Position numbers and translations under genes: made by a program | Part shown: positions 1 to 7,249 of the stretch, in pieces | Numbering within the stretch: position 1 is the first letter of the stretch | How the letters are laid out: every line of letters begins with the position of its first letter | The notes under the pieces: model-generated | Database searches by the model: none | What the model saw: the letters and a program-made list of their open reading frames with translations, nothing else | What the model was told of the DNA's origin: nothing | Assembly: GCA_035464115.1 (NCBI GenBank) | Contig: DATHSN010000163.1 | Location: 2,025 to 26,024 of the forward strand | Origin: Acidimicrobiales bacterium | GTDB lineage: Bacteria > Actinomycetota > Acidimicrobiia > Acidimicrobiales > SKKL01 | Reading direction: 5' to 3' | Length of the DNA stretch: 24,000 nucleotides

Positions 1-197
1 GCAGGGTCGATGACCGGGACGTCGCCCCCGTCCTTCACGCTGCCCTCGATGAAGAACACGAAGATGGCGGTCTGGAAGATGACCAGGCCCACCAGCTTCT
101 TCACGAGGTGGCGCTCGACGAGCAGGGTGAACAGCCCGATGGAGAGCAGCGCCACGACCATCAGGTAGACGTAGCGGTCGCCGAGGGTCTCGAGCAT
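1..197 (-). CDS. mrpC: Mrp/Mnh cation:proton antiporter subunit C (NuoK-like); first 65 codons only, gene continues past the left edge
   Basis: Absent from the ORF track because it has no stop in the window. Manual reverse translation from ATG at 197-195 gives MLETLGDRYVYLMVVALLSIGLFTLLVERHLVKKLVGLVIFQTAIFVFFIEGSVKDGGDVPVIDP. This is a hydrophobic helix followed by a KKLVGLxIFQTA-type motif, as I recall for MnhC/MrpC. The ATG shares 1 nt with the stop of upstream mrpB. Third codon positions are nearly all G/C. Confidence 0.75.
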   Translation of the reverse strand, partial: MLETLGDRYVYLMVVALLSIGLFTLLVERHLVKKLVGLVIFQTAIFVFFIEGSVKDGGDVPVIDP

Positions 198-634
198 CAG
201 TCGTCCCCCGCGTGGGCCAGCCGGTCGAAGATGTGGAGGATCCCGCCGAACACCACGGCGCCGACCCCGATCTCGACCGCGCCGATGCCGAGGTAGCGCA
301 GCCGGGAGTCGCTGATCGACGTGCCCGGGTACTGCGAGTAGTCGAGCAGGTCGCCGCCAGCGAGCAGGGGCACGATGCCGGCGACGAGGAAGATCGCCAT
401 GCCGGCGCTCATCGCCAGCAGCGCCACACCCTCGGGGAAGTGCCGCAGGCTCGTCTCGCGATCGAGGGTGAGGCGGGCCAGTACGACACCCACCGCCAGG
501 ACCACGCCGCCGGCGAAGCCACCGCCGGGCCCGTAGTGGCCGTGGGCGACCACGTAGACGCCGAACACGAGCACGAACGGCACCATGAGCGCGGCGACGA
601 CCCGCACGTTCTCGCTGGGGTGGCGGCCGATCAC
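197..634 (-). CDS. mrpB: Mrp/Mnh antiporter subunit B (MnhB domain)
   Basis: ORF track, 145 aa. HGHYGPGGGFAGG matches the HxxxPGGGFxGG signature of MnhB/MrpB. The protein is a polytopic hydrophobic one. GTG start forms a GTGA overlap with the upstream gene stop (631-634). Confidence 0.85.
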   Translation of the reverse strand: MIGRHPSENVRVVAALMVPFVLVFGVYVVAHGHYGPGGGFAGGVVLAVGVVLARLTLDRETSLRHFPEGVALLAMSAGMAIFLVAGIVPLLAGGDLLDYSQYPGTSISDSRLRYLGIGAVEIGVGAVVFGGILHIFDRLAHAGDD

Positions 635-1164
635 GCGTCGGCCCTCCGGCGGGCGAGCACCAGCGCCGCCGACAGCGCCGCGGTGAACACCACGATGGTC
701 TCGCCGAGGGTGTCGAGCGAGCGGTAGTCGGCGAGCACGGCGGTGACCACGTTGGGGGTCTCGCTGTCGTCGAGCGAGCGCTCGACGTACTGGGCCGCCA
801 CCCCCAGGGCCGCCGGGGCGTCGGGGTCGCCCCGGTCGGGGAGGTCGACGCTGGCGACGAGCAACAGCCCGGCGAACGCCACCACCAGGGGCCCGGCGAA
901 GAGCACGGCGCGACGATCGCGGCCGGCGGGGCGGTCGCCGGTGACGAGCACCGCCACCAACAACAGCACCCCGACGAAGGCCGAGCCCAGCACCGCCTCC
1001 ACGAACGCGACGTCGGGGGCTCCCATGCCGGCGAACAGCAGCGCCACGAACAGGCTGAACAGCGCGAGCACCGCGACGGTGGCGGTGATCGACCGCACCC
1101 GCACCGCCACGGTGGCGCTCCCGATCAAGAGCACGAAGAACATGAGGTCGAGCTGCCAGATCAC
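631..1164 (-). CDS. MrpA C-terminal-like membrane protein (DUF4040 part plus MnhB-related part; MbhD/MbhE-like)
   Basis: ORF track, 177 aa. GAPDVAFVEAVLG resembles the APDVAxTEAxVG motif of DUF4040. NVVTAVLADYRSLDTLGE resembles the NxVTAILxDYRxxDTLGE motif of MnhB-related proteins. GTGA overlap with the mrpG stop (1161-1164). Confidence 0.8.
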   Translation of the reverse strand: MIWQLDLMFFVLLIGSATVAVRVRSITATVAVLALFSLFVALLFAGMGAPDVAFVEAVLGSAFVGVLLLVAVLVTGDRPAGRDRRAVLFAGPLVVAFAGLLLVASVDLPDRGDPDAPAALGVAAQYVERSLDDSETPNVVTAVLADYRSLDTLGETIVVFTAALSAALVLARRRADA

Positions 1165-1511
1165 GGCGCGCCGCCTGGGGAGCCGGGCCGATCGACGTCG
1201 GGCTCCACCGCGCGCACCTCGCCGGATGCGTCGATGATCCGTTGGCGGGTGGCGCTGCGGGCCAGGGCGTGGATGGCGGTGGGGTTCACGAGGATCGAGA
1301 AGACCGCGATGAGCACCAGCTGGATGCTCCCGGGTCCGAACCGGTTGAGCACGACCAGCCCCGCGAACACCAGCACGAGCCCGAGGGTCTCGGCCTTGGC
1401 CACCGCGTGGGCGCGGGTCCAGAAGTCGGGGAAGCGGGCCAGCCCGAGAGCGCTCACCCCGAGGAACGCCGTGCCCATGACCAGCAGGATCCCCGCGACG
1501 ATGTCGGTCAT
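1161..1511 (-). CDS. mrpG: Mrp/Mnh antiporter subunit G
   Basis: ORF track, 116 aa. The three-helix small membrane protein starts MTDIVAGILLVMGTAFLGVSALGLARFPDFWTRAHAVAKAETLG, typical of the MnhG/PhaG N-terminus. ATGA overlap with the mrpF stop (1508-1511). Confidence 0.8.
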   Translation of the reverse strand: MTDIVAGILLVMGTAFLGVSALGLARFPDFWTRAHAVAKAETLGLVLVFAGLVVLNRFGPGSIQLVLIAVFSILVNPTAIHALARSATRQRIIDASGEVRAVEPDVDRPGSPGGAP

Positions 1512-1774
1512 CGGGCGCTCCGGGTGTCGAGGTACCGGGCGAACGCGAGCGGGAAGAGGAAGGCGAGGAGCGCGTACGCCAAGCCGATGTCGACGAACAG
1601 CACCGGCCGGCCGAACACGAAGCCGATGATCATCAACAGCACGATGCTGTTCACCGCGGCGAACGAGCTGGCGAGGATCCGGTCGAGCACGGTGGGGCCC
1701 TTCGCGATGCGGATCAGCGCCACGATCGTGAGCGCGGTGATCACGAACGACAGGGCGAACAGCAGGCCGGTCAT
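1508..1774 (-). CDS. mrpF: Mrp/Mnh antiporter subunit F
   Basis: Only the last 88 codons of track ORF 1508..2989 are used: MTGLLFALSFVITALTIVALIRIAKGPTVLDRILASSFAAVNS... The IRIxKGPTxxDRI motif is typical of MnhF/MrpF. ATG at 1774 makes an ATGA overlap with the mrpE stop. The rest of the track ORF is an R/P-rich out-of-frame shadow. Confidence 0.8.
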   Translation of the reverse strand: MTGLLFALSFVITALTIVALIRIAKGPTVLDRILASSFAAVNSIVLLMIIGFVFGRPVLFVDIGLAYALLAFLFPLAFARYLDTRSAR

Positions 1775-2328
1775 CTCCTGCGCTCCCTCTGGATGACGGA
1801 CGGGTCGACCGGAGGCTGGGGCCGGTCGAGGAACACCTTGGCGATGCGGTTCTGCAGCTCTCCGGTGACGAGGTCGCCGGCCTGGGAGGGGGTGAGGGCG
1901 TGGACGACGAGCTCGGCGCCGTCGATGTCGACGGTGAGGGTGCCCGGCACCAGCGAGATGGCGTTGGCGAGGGTGGTGCGCGCGAGAGGGCTGCGCAGCT
2001 CGGTGTGGAACCGCAGCGTGCACGGGTCGAGCTCGAGCTTCGGCGTGAGCGTGAGCCGTGCCAGCTGGAGGCTGGCGACGAAGATGCGCCCCGCCATCCA
2101 ACCGACGAAGCCGATGCTGCGCACGAAGGCGAGGGGGAGCTGGCCGACGGGCAGGTGGTCGAGGTCGGGGCGGAGGCACTCGCCGGCGATGCGGTGGGTG
2201 ACGGCCGTGACGACGGCGGCGGTGATCGCGCCGGTGACGAGGAACAGGGGCTCGTTGCGGCCCGAGAGCGCGTACCAGAAGGCGAAGAGCACCAGGAACT
2301 GGACGATGGTGGTGCGGCGGACGCTCAC
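1771..2328 (-). CDS. mrpE: Mrp/Mnh antiporter subunit E
   Basis: Last 185 codons of track ORF 1771..3435, starting at GTG 2328 (VSVRRTTIVQFLVLFAFWYALSG...). Supporting points: size, two N-terminal helices, the LxPGTLTVDID segment, and position between mrpD and mrpF. GTGA overlap with the mrpD stop (2325-2328). Confidence 0.75.
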   Translation of the reverse strand: MSVRRTTIVQFLVLFAFWYALSGRNEPLFLVTGAITAAVVTAVTHRIAGECLRPDLDHLPVGQLPLAFVRSIGFVGWMAGRIFVASLQLARLTLTPKLELDPCTLRFHTELRSPLARTTLANAISLVPGTLTVDIDGAELVVHALTPSQAGDLVTGELQNRIAKVFLDRPQPPVDPSVIQRERRR

Positions 2329-4028
2329 GGCACCACACTCCAGCCGAGCACGAGCACCATCGCCATCGCGACCACGCTGCCGAGGAGCCAGCCGGGAGCG
2401 ACCGGTCCGAGGCCGGGCCCGGGCAGGGTCGGCCGGGGCAGGGTCGGCCGGGGCAGGGTCGGCCGGGGCAGCCGGCGCCGCTCGGTGGTGGCCGTGGGGC
2501 GGGCGGGCTGCTCGGCCCGGCGCGCCGCGACCAGGACGGGCAGCTCGCGGTACACCCAGTCGGTGTCGACGCTGGTCTTGGCCGCCGGTGCCAGCCGGGA
2601 CCGCAGCAGGGTGAAGCCGATGCCGGTGAAGGCGAACAGCTGCAGCGCCTCGACCAGCTTGGTGGTGGTGTACGGCTCGAACGCCACCTCGGTGGGCATC
2701 TGGCCGTACAGCAGCCCGGGGTCGACCCCGATGGCGATGTTGGCGACCGCGGCGATGCCCATGGCGAGGTACATGGTGACCGGCACGGCTCGCACCTCCA
2801 GCGGGCCTCGCGGCGCGCCGAACCAGGTGGCCCACGGCAGCTTGAGCGCCACGCTGAGGAAGGTGCCGACCGACGCCAGCTTGAGCAGCCACTGGGCGGT
2901 GGTGAACCCGCCGTCGCCCACCGACGCCACGGCCAGCTCCTTGGCCGGGAAGCCGCTGAACAGCGGCACCCCCGAGATCGACAGCGCACCCACCAGGTAG
3001 AGCGCGAGGGCCCAGGGCAACGCCCGCGCGAGCCCTCCGAGCTCGGAGGCGCGGCTGCGCCCGGTGGCGTGCAGCACCACGCCGACGCCCATGATGAGCA
3101 GCCCCTTGTAGAGCACGTGGGCGTAGGCGTGGGCGGTGGCCCCGTTGACGGCGAGGTCGGTGCCCACGCCGACCGCGGCGACCATGAAGCCGACCTGGCT
3201 GATGATGTGGTAGCCGAGCAGGCGGCGGATGTCGTCCTCGAGCACGGCGTAGACGACGCCGAACAGGGCCATCGCCACGCCGAGCCAGACCAGCAGCTCG
3301 AGGCCGGCGAACCCCCGGGCGAGCACGTAGACCGCCGACTTCGTGGTGAACGCGCTGAGGAACACCATGCCGGCGACCGACGCCTCGGGGTAGGCGTCGG
3401 GGAGCCAGGCGTTGAGCGGCACCGCCGCCGCGCACAACAGGAAGCCGACGAGGATCAACCCGGTGGCGCCACCCAGCTCGAGCGAGCCGAACGCGAGCGA
3501 CCCGGTGTCGGTGAGGTGCCAGAGGATGCCGCCGAGCAGCACGACCCCGCCGAGGAGGTGGACGCCGAGGTAGCGCAACCCGGCTGCGCTCGATCCGGCG
3601 CGCCGGGCGCCGACGATGACCATCGTGGCGGTGCTGACCTTCAGCTCCCAGAAGAAGAACAAGGTGAGCAGGTCGCCGGCGAGGACGACGCCGATTCCTG
3701 CGCCGGCGGTGGCGAGGGCGCCCGCCCGCTCGAGCGTGCCCATGGTCGACCAGCCGTAGATGCCGGCCAGGACGGCGACGACCGCGAAGACGGTGGCGAA
3801 CGGGATCGACAGGCCATCGGCGCGCAGCACGGTGAGCTGGTAGCCGTAGAAGTCGAAGGTGGAGAGCGCGGCATCGTCGAGGCGCACGACGGCGAGCAAG
3901 CCGACCAACGCCGACGCGACCGCGATCGGCCCGCCGAGACGGCGGGGGGCGATCGCGACGAGCACCGCGCCGACGAGGAGCACGAGGGCCGGGTGCAGGT
4001 CAACCACGACGTGCCCCTCCCGCCCCAT
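2325..4028 (-). CDS. mrpD: Mrp/Mnh antiporter subunit D (NuoN/NuoM-like proton-conducting subunit) with a C-terminal repeat-plus-helix extension
   Basis: ORF track, 567 aa. NAWLPDAYPEASVAGMVFLSAFTTKSAVY is the MrpD/NuoN-type WLPDAxxEAP...K motif. The real start may be GTG at 4007, giving an 8-nt overlap with the upstream small ORF instead of 29 nt. The C-terminus carries (LPRPT)x3 and one extra hydrophobic helix. Confidence 0.85.
   Translation of the reverse strand: MGREGHVVVDLHPALVLLVGAVLVAIAPRRLGGPIAVASALVGLLAVVRLDDAALSTFDFYGYQLTVLRADGLSIPFATVFAVVAVLAGIYGWSTMGTLERAGALATAGAGIGVVLAGDLLTLFFFWELKVSTATMVIVGARRAGSSAAGLRYLGVHLLGGVVLLGGILWHLTDTGSLAFGSLELGGATGLILVGFLLCAAAVPLNAWLPDAYPEASVAGMVFLSAFTTKSAVYVLARGFAGLELLVWLGVAMALFGVVYAVLEDDIRRLLGYHIISQVGFMVAAVGVGTDLAVNGATAHAYAHVLYKGLLIMGVGVVLHATGRSRASELGGLARALPWALALYLVGALSISGVPLFSGFPAKELAVASVGDGGFTTAQWLLKLASVGTFLSVALKLPWATWFGAPRGPLEVRAVPVTMYLAMGIAAVANIAIGVDPGLLYGQMPTEVAFEPYTTTKLVEALQLFAFTGIGFTLLRSRLAPAAKTSVDTDWVYRELPVLVAARRAEQPARPTATTERRRLPRPTLPRPTLPRPTLPGPGLGPVAPGWLLGSVVAMAMVLVLGWSVVP
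2421..2471. repeat. 15-bp direct tandem repeat, about 3.4 copies (GGGCAGGGTCGGCCG), inside mrpD
   Basis: Read directly: identical units at 2421-2435, 2436-2450 and 2451-2465, then a partial GGGCAG. On the minus strand it encodes LPRPT LPRPT LPRPT LPGPG near the MrpD C-terminus. Confidence 0.9.
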
Positions 4029-4254
4029 CGGCGCGCGGCTCGGGGGGCGGCGCGCTGGTGAGCGACTCGCCGGGTCGGCTGCCGGCCGGCCGCGACACGA
4101 GGTGGCGACCGAGCGCCTTGGCGCCGAGCACGAGGGCGACGGTGCCGACGAGTGAGAACGCCGGGACGAGACCCGGCTGCTTCGCGCCGGTGGCGAGGTC
4201 GACCACCACCGCGAGGACGAGCGCGGCCGTCACGAGCGCGACGATCCGGGTCAT
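4000..4254 (-). CDS. Small two-helix membrane protein of unknown function, inside the mrp operon
   Basis: ORF track, 84 aa. Two hydrophobic segments: IVALVTAALVLAVVVDLA and LVPAFSLVGTVALVLGAKAL. Third positions are almost all G/C. An AGGAG Shine-Dalgarno sits 6 nt before the ATG (minus-strand reading gagAGGAGcgtccgATG). I recall no family motif. Confidence 0.55.
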   Translation of the reverse strand: MTRIVALVTAALVLAVVVDLATGAKQPGLVPAFSLVGTVALVLGAKALGRHLVSRPAGSRPGESLTSAPPPEPRADGAGGARRG

Positions 4255-4297
4255 CGGACGCTCCTCTCGGGGAGCGGCGCACGACGGGCGACGGTGC

Positions 4298-5761
4298 TCA
4301 CACCCGACCTCCGGTGACCGCGGCGCCGACCGCGGCGGTGAGCTCGCCGAGCGACACGACGTCGCCGAGACCGAGCGCCAGCCCGACCGCCGCGGTGGTG
4401 GCGATCGGCACGACCATGAGCGGCGAGGCCTCGGCCCGGACCGGGAAGTCGGGCGAGGAGCGGAAGAAGGCGCGGAACACGATGGGCAGCAGGTATCCAG
4501 CGGTGAGCAGACCGCTCCCGATGACCACCGCCGCCAGCAGGGGCTCGCCCGCGTCGAGCGCGCCGAGCCCCAGGAACCACTTGGAGACGAACCCGCTGAC
4601 CGGTGGCACGCCAGCGAGGCCGAGCGCGGCGATCCCGAACGCGGCCATGGTGACCGGCATCCGCCGCCCGATGCCGTCCATCTGCGACACCCGGTCGACC
4701 CCGGTGGTGACGTAGATGGCCCCGGCGCAGAAGAAGAGGGTGATCTTCAACACGGCGTGGTTGGCGAGGTGGAGCATGGCGCCGTTCCACGCGCTGGCCG
4801 ACAGCAGTGACAGCCCGAGCACGATGTAGGAGAGGTGGGCGATGGTCGAGTAGGCGAGGCGGCGCTTGAGCTGGTCCTGGCGGAACGCCACCACGGAGGC
4901 CACCACGATGGTGACCGCGGCGACGCTCGCGACGACGGCTCCCGCGCCGACGTCGGCGAGGCGCTCGGGGCCGATGACGTAGCCGAACATCCGGGCGAAG
5001 CCGAACACCCCGGCCTTCACCACCGCGACGGCGTGCAGCAGGGCGCTGACCGGGGTGGGGGCGACCATGGCCGCGGGCAGCCACTGGTGGAACGGCATGA
5101 TCGCCGCCTTGGTGCCGAAGCCGAGCACCGCCAACACGACGAGCGCCACGACCCCGGCGTCGGACACGGCACCGTCGAGCACGCCGCCCGGTGTGAACTC
5201 CGCACCGGGCACCGCGATGTGGACCACCGCCACCGCCAGCAGGACGGCGGTGCCGCCCCCCAGCAGGGTGAAGAGGTACCGGCGACCGGCCGCCAGGGCT
5301 TCGGGGGTCTGCTTGTGGACGACCAGCGGATAGGTGGCGAGGGTCAGCAGCTCGTAGAAGACGAAGAACGTGAACAGGTTGGCGGCGAAGGCCAGACCGA
5401 TGGTCTCCGACACGCACACGGCGAAAGTGGAGAAGAACCGGGTGCGGTGCTGCTCGCGGGCGCCCCGGACGTAGCCGAACGAGAACGACGACGCGAGGAT
5501 CCACAGCGCGCTGGCCGAGGCGGCGAACACCATCCCCGCGGCGTCGACCCGCAGGGCCAGCTCGAGGTCGGGGGCCAGCGAGCCGATGGTGAACGCCGGC
5601 TCGTCACCGTCGAGGACGGAACCGAACATGGAGGCCACCAGCGCGAACGTGGCCGCCGCCGCGAGCGCCGTCCACATCGCGTGCAGCCGCGGCCGGTCGC
5701 CGCTCACCACGATGAGCGCTGCGGCCACGGCGGGGACGGCGACGGCGATGGGGACGAGCAC
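4298..5761 (-). CDS. mrpA: MrpA/NuoL-like proton-conducting antiporter core subunit, lacking the MrpA C-terminal extension
   Basis: ORF track, 487 aa. HQWLPAAMVAPTPVSALLHAVAVVKAG matches the NuoL/MrpA-type WLPxAMxxPTPVSALLHAATMVxAG signature. GTG start at 5761 with GAGG upstream. It is the first gene of the operon. Confidence 0.85.
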   Translation of the reverse strand: MLVPIAVAVPAVAAALIVVSGDRPRLHAMWTALAAAATFALVASMFGSVLDGDEPAFTIGSLAPDLELALRVDAAGMVFAASASALWILASSFSFGYVRGAREQHRTRFFSTFAVCVSETIGLAFAANLFTFFVFYELLTLATYPLVVHKQTPEALAAGRRYLFTLLGGGTAVLLAVAVVHIAVPGAEFTPGGVLDGAVSDAGVVALVVLAVLGFGTKAAIMPFHQWLPAAMVAPTPVSALLHAVAVVKAGVFGFARMFGYVIGPERLADVGAGAVVASVAAVTIVVASVVAFRQDQLKRRLAYSTIAHLSYIVLGLSLLSASAWNGAMLHLANHAVLKITLFFCAGAIYVTTGVDRVSQMDGIGRRMPVTMAAFGIAALGLAGVPPVSGFVSKWFLGLGALDAGEPLLAAVVIGSGLLTAGYLLPIVFRAFFRSSPDFPVRAEASPLMVVPIATTAAVGLALGLGDVVSLGELTAAVGAAVTGGRV

Positions 5762-5818
5762 GGGGACCTCGGGTCGGCGGACGGGCGAAGGCGGACGCGC
5801 CCTCCCCGACCCGCGAGG

Positions 5819-5950
5819 TCAGTCGAGCGGCGCGATCACCGAGCGTTCCGGTGGCTCGAGCGGCGCTCCCGCCCGGTAGCCGGCCGTGACCGCACCGTCG
5901 GCGAGGCGACGGGAGCACTTGTCACGCACGAGGACGAGCTGCGGGAGCAC
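5819..5950 (-). CDS. Candidate 43-aa leaderless small ORF or uORF upstream of the mrp operon
   Basis: Not in the track (under 60 aa). The minus strand reads TATGAT-TGCCCG-GTG, a -10-like hexamer 6 nt before GTG at 5950. The ORF is VLPQLVLVRDKCSRRLADGAVTAGYRAGAPLEPPERSVIAPLD, stop at 5819-5821. Third positions are mostly G/C, unlike the flanking intergenic sequence. No homology recognised. Confidence 0.2.
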   Translation of the reverse strand: MLPQLVLVRDKCSRRLADGAVTAGYRAGAPLEPPERSVIAPLD

Positions 5951-5956
5951 CGGGCA

Positions 5957-5962
5957 ATCATA
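5957..5962 (-). promoter_or_regulatory. -10-like hexamer TATGAT (minus strand); candidate mrp operon promoter
   Basis: Plus-strand ATCATA at 5957-5962. A TANNNT box lies 6 nt upstream of GTG 5950. It overlaps a plus-strand TACGAT (5961-5966) that could serve the divergent methyltransferase. No convincing -35 on either strand. Confidence 0.25.
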
Positions 5963-6051
5963 CGATCTGCCATGCACGTCTCCACCGTGGTGCGTCCCCG
6001 GCGCCGCATCGGTGGCACCCTGGACACCTGACGATCCGAGGAGACGCAGCG

Positions 6052-6672
6052 ATGACCACGAGCAGCTTCGACGAGCGGGCGGCCACGTGGGACGACGACC
6101 CCGCGAAGGTGGCGCGCTCCCGCGAGGTCGCCGAGGCCATCGCCGCCGCGGTGCCCGTCGACCGCACGACCCGGATGCTCGAGTACGGGGCGGGCACCGG
6201 GCTCGTCACCCAGGCGCTGCGCGATGCCGTCGGCCCGGTCATCCTCGTCGACACCTCGGCGGGCATGCGCGCCGTCATCGACGCCAAGATCGCCGCCGGC
6301 GCCCTCCCCGACGCCCGCGTCTGGGACGTCGACCTGGCCACCCAGCCGCCGCCCGACGAGCAGGTCGACCTGGTCGTCACCGTCATGGCCATGCACCACG
6401 TCACCGACATCGACCGCGTGCTCGCCGCCTTCGCCGAGCTGCTCGTCGACGGCGGTCACCTCTGCGTGGTCGACCTCGAGGAGGAGGACGGCTCGTTCCA
6501 CGGCGAGGGCTTCGACGGCCACCACGGGTTCGCCCCCGACGACCTGGCCGACCGGCTGACCCGGGCCGGCTTCACCGACGTCGGCATCGACACCGTCCAC
6601 CACATCGAGCGCGACGGCGGCACCTACCCGGTGTTCCTGGCCACCGGCACCCGGGTGGCGCGCCCCTCCTGA
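6052..6672 (+). CDS. Class I SAM-dependent methyltransferase
   Basis: ORF track, 206 aa. Motif I is LEYGAGTGLVT, with an acidic post-I residue (VDTS) and later DLVVTVMAMHH. GAGGAG Shine-Dalgarno lies before the ATG. Confidence 0.85.
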   Translation: MTTSSFDERAATWDDDPAKVARSREVAEAIAAAVPVDRTTRMLEYGAGTGLVTQALRDAVGPVILVDTSAGMRAVIDAKIAAGALPDARVWDVDLATQPPPDEQVDLVVTVMAMHHVTDIDRVLAAFAELLVDGGHLCVVDLEEEDGSFHGEGFDGHHGFAPDDLADRLTRAGFTDVGIDTVHHIERDGGTYPVFLATGTRVARPS

Positions 6673-6691
6673 CCGACCGACGGGTCAGGAG
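6666..6691. terminator. Inverted repeat between convergent genes (9-bp stem, 8-nt loop); candidate bidirectional terminator hairpin
   Basis: CTCCTGACC (6666-6674) pairs with GGTCAGGAG (6683-6691) around loop GACCGACG. The TGA of the methyltransferase (6670-6672) and the TGA of doxX (6685-6687, minus) each sit inside one arm. There is no U-tract. Confidence 0.4.
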
Positions 6692-7197
6692 CGCTCGGGC
6701 CGCCAGAACACCGCGAGCAGGGCGACGGCGCCCCCGATGCCGGGCACTGCGGCCAGGGCCAGGCCGCTCGCCCCCGAGAACACGTCGAGGTCGAGCGCGG
6801 CGTCGAGCGACCACTCGCCGGCCCCGAGCGCGCCGAGCGAGAGGCTCAGCGCGGCGAGCACCATCACGTACTCCCAGCCCTCGCCCGGCCGGAAGATGAA
6901 GAACCCGTTGCCGCGGTGGTTGGTGACCCACGCCACGACCATCACGCCGAGCGCCCCGCCGGCGGCGAGCGACGTGCCGAGGCCGATGATGAGCAGGACC
7001 CCGGCCACCACCTCGGTGATGCTCGCCGTCCAGGCGTGCAGCCAGCCGGGCCGCATGCCGAGCGATTCGAACCACCCGGCCGTGCCGCTGATCTTGCCGC
7101 CGCCGACGATGTGGTTGACCCCGTGGGCGAGCATCACCGCGCCGAGCGCGACGCGCAGGACGGTCAGCGCCAGGTCGACCGCGGCGGCGTCGCTCAT
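6685..7197 (-). CDS. DoxX family membrane protein
   Basis: Last 170 codons of track ORF 6685..8745, from ATG 7197 (MSDAAAVDLALTVLRVALGAVMLAHGVNHIV...). It has four hydrophobic helices and the LRxxLGxxxxxHGxxK/H-type DoxX N-terminus. The rest of the track ORF is an R-rich shadow over the dynamin gene. Confidence 0.85.
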   Translation of the reverse strand: MSDAAAVDLALTVLRVALGAVMLAHGVNHIVGGGKISGTAGWFESLGMRPGWLHAWTASITEVVAGVLLIIGLGTSLAAGGALGVMVVAWVTNHRGNGFFIFRPGEGWEYVMVLAALSLSLGALGAGEWSLDAALDLDVFSGASGLALAAVPGIGGAVALLAVFWRPERS

Positions 7198-7231
7198 GGC
7201 GCGGTCGGGGCGGTGGCGGGCACGACGGCAT

Positions 7232-7249
7232 CCTGACACGGCGGTCAGG
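7232..7249. repeat. Inverted repeat CCTGAC-N6-GTCAGG overlapping the stop of the second dynamin-like gene
   Basis: Read directly: a 6-bp stem with a 6-nt loop, and the stop codon at 7245-7247 lies inside the right arm. Function unknown; it could be a weak hairpin between the DLP genes and doxX. Confidence 0.3.

Noticed and set aside
2421-2471. 15-bp tandem repeat considered as a CRISPR-like or minisatellite element
   Set aside because: The units are contiguous with no spacers, only about 3.4 copies, and lie in frame inside mrpD. This is a coding pentapeptide repeat.
1508-3435. Long 5' extensions of track ORFs 1508..2989 and 1771..3435
   Set aside because: Only their last 88 and 185 codons look like proteins (MrpF, MrpE). 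The upstream parts overlap mrpD out of frame, are R/P-rich, and would break the ATGA/GTGA coupling pattern of the operon.
5762-6051. tRNA, riboswitch or sRNA in the two largest intergenic regions (5762-6051 and 16605-16777)
   Set aside because: I could not recognise cloverleaf features (no T-loop GTTCGAATC-like segment) or any riboswitch consensus I know. Without a covariance-model scan this remains unassessed rather than positively excluded.
4835-6603. Track ORFs 4835..6031 (+) and 5836..6603 (-) spanning the mrp upstream region
   Set aside because: They are antisense or out of frame relative to mrpA and the methyltransferase. They are Asp/Gly/Arg/His-rich low complexity with no start-site signals.
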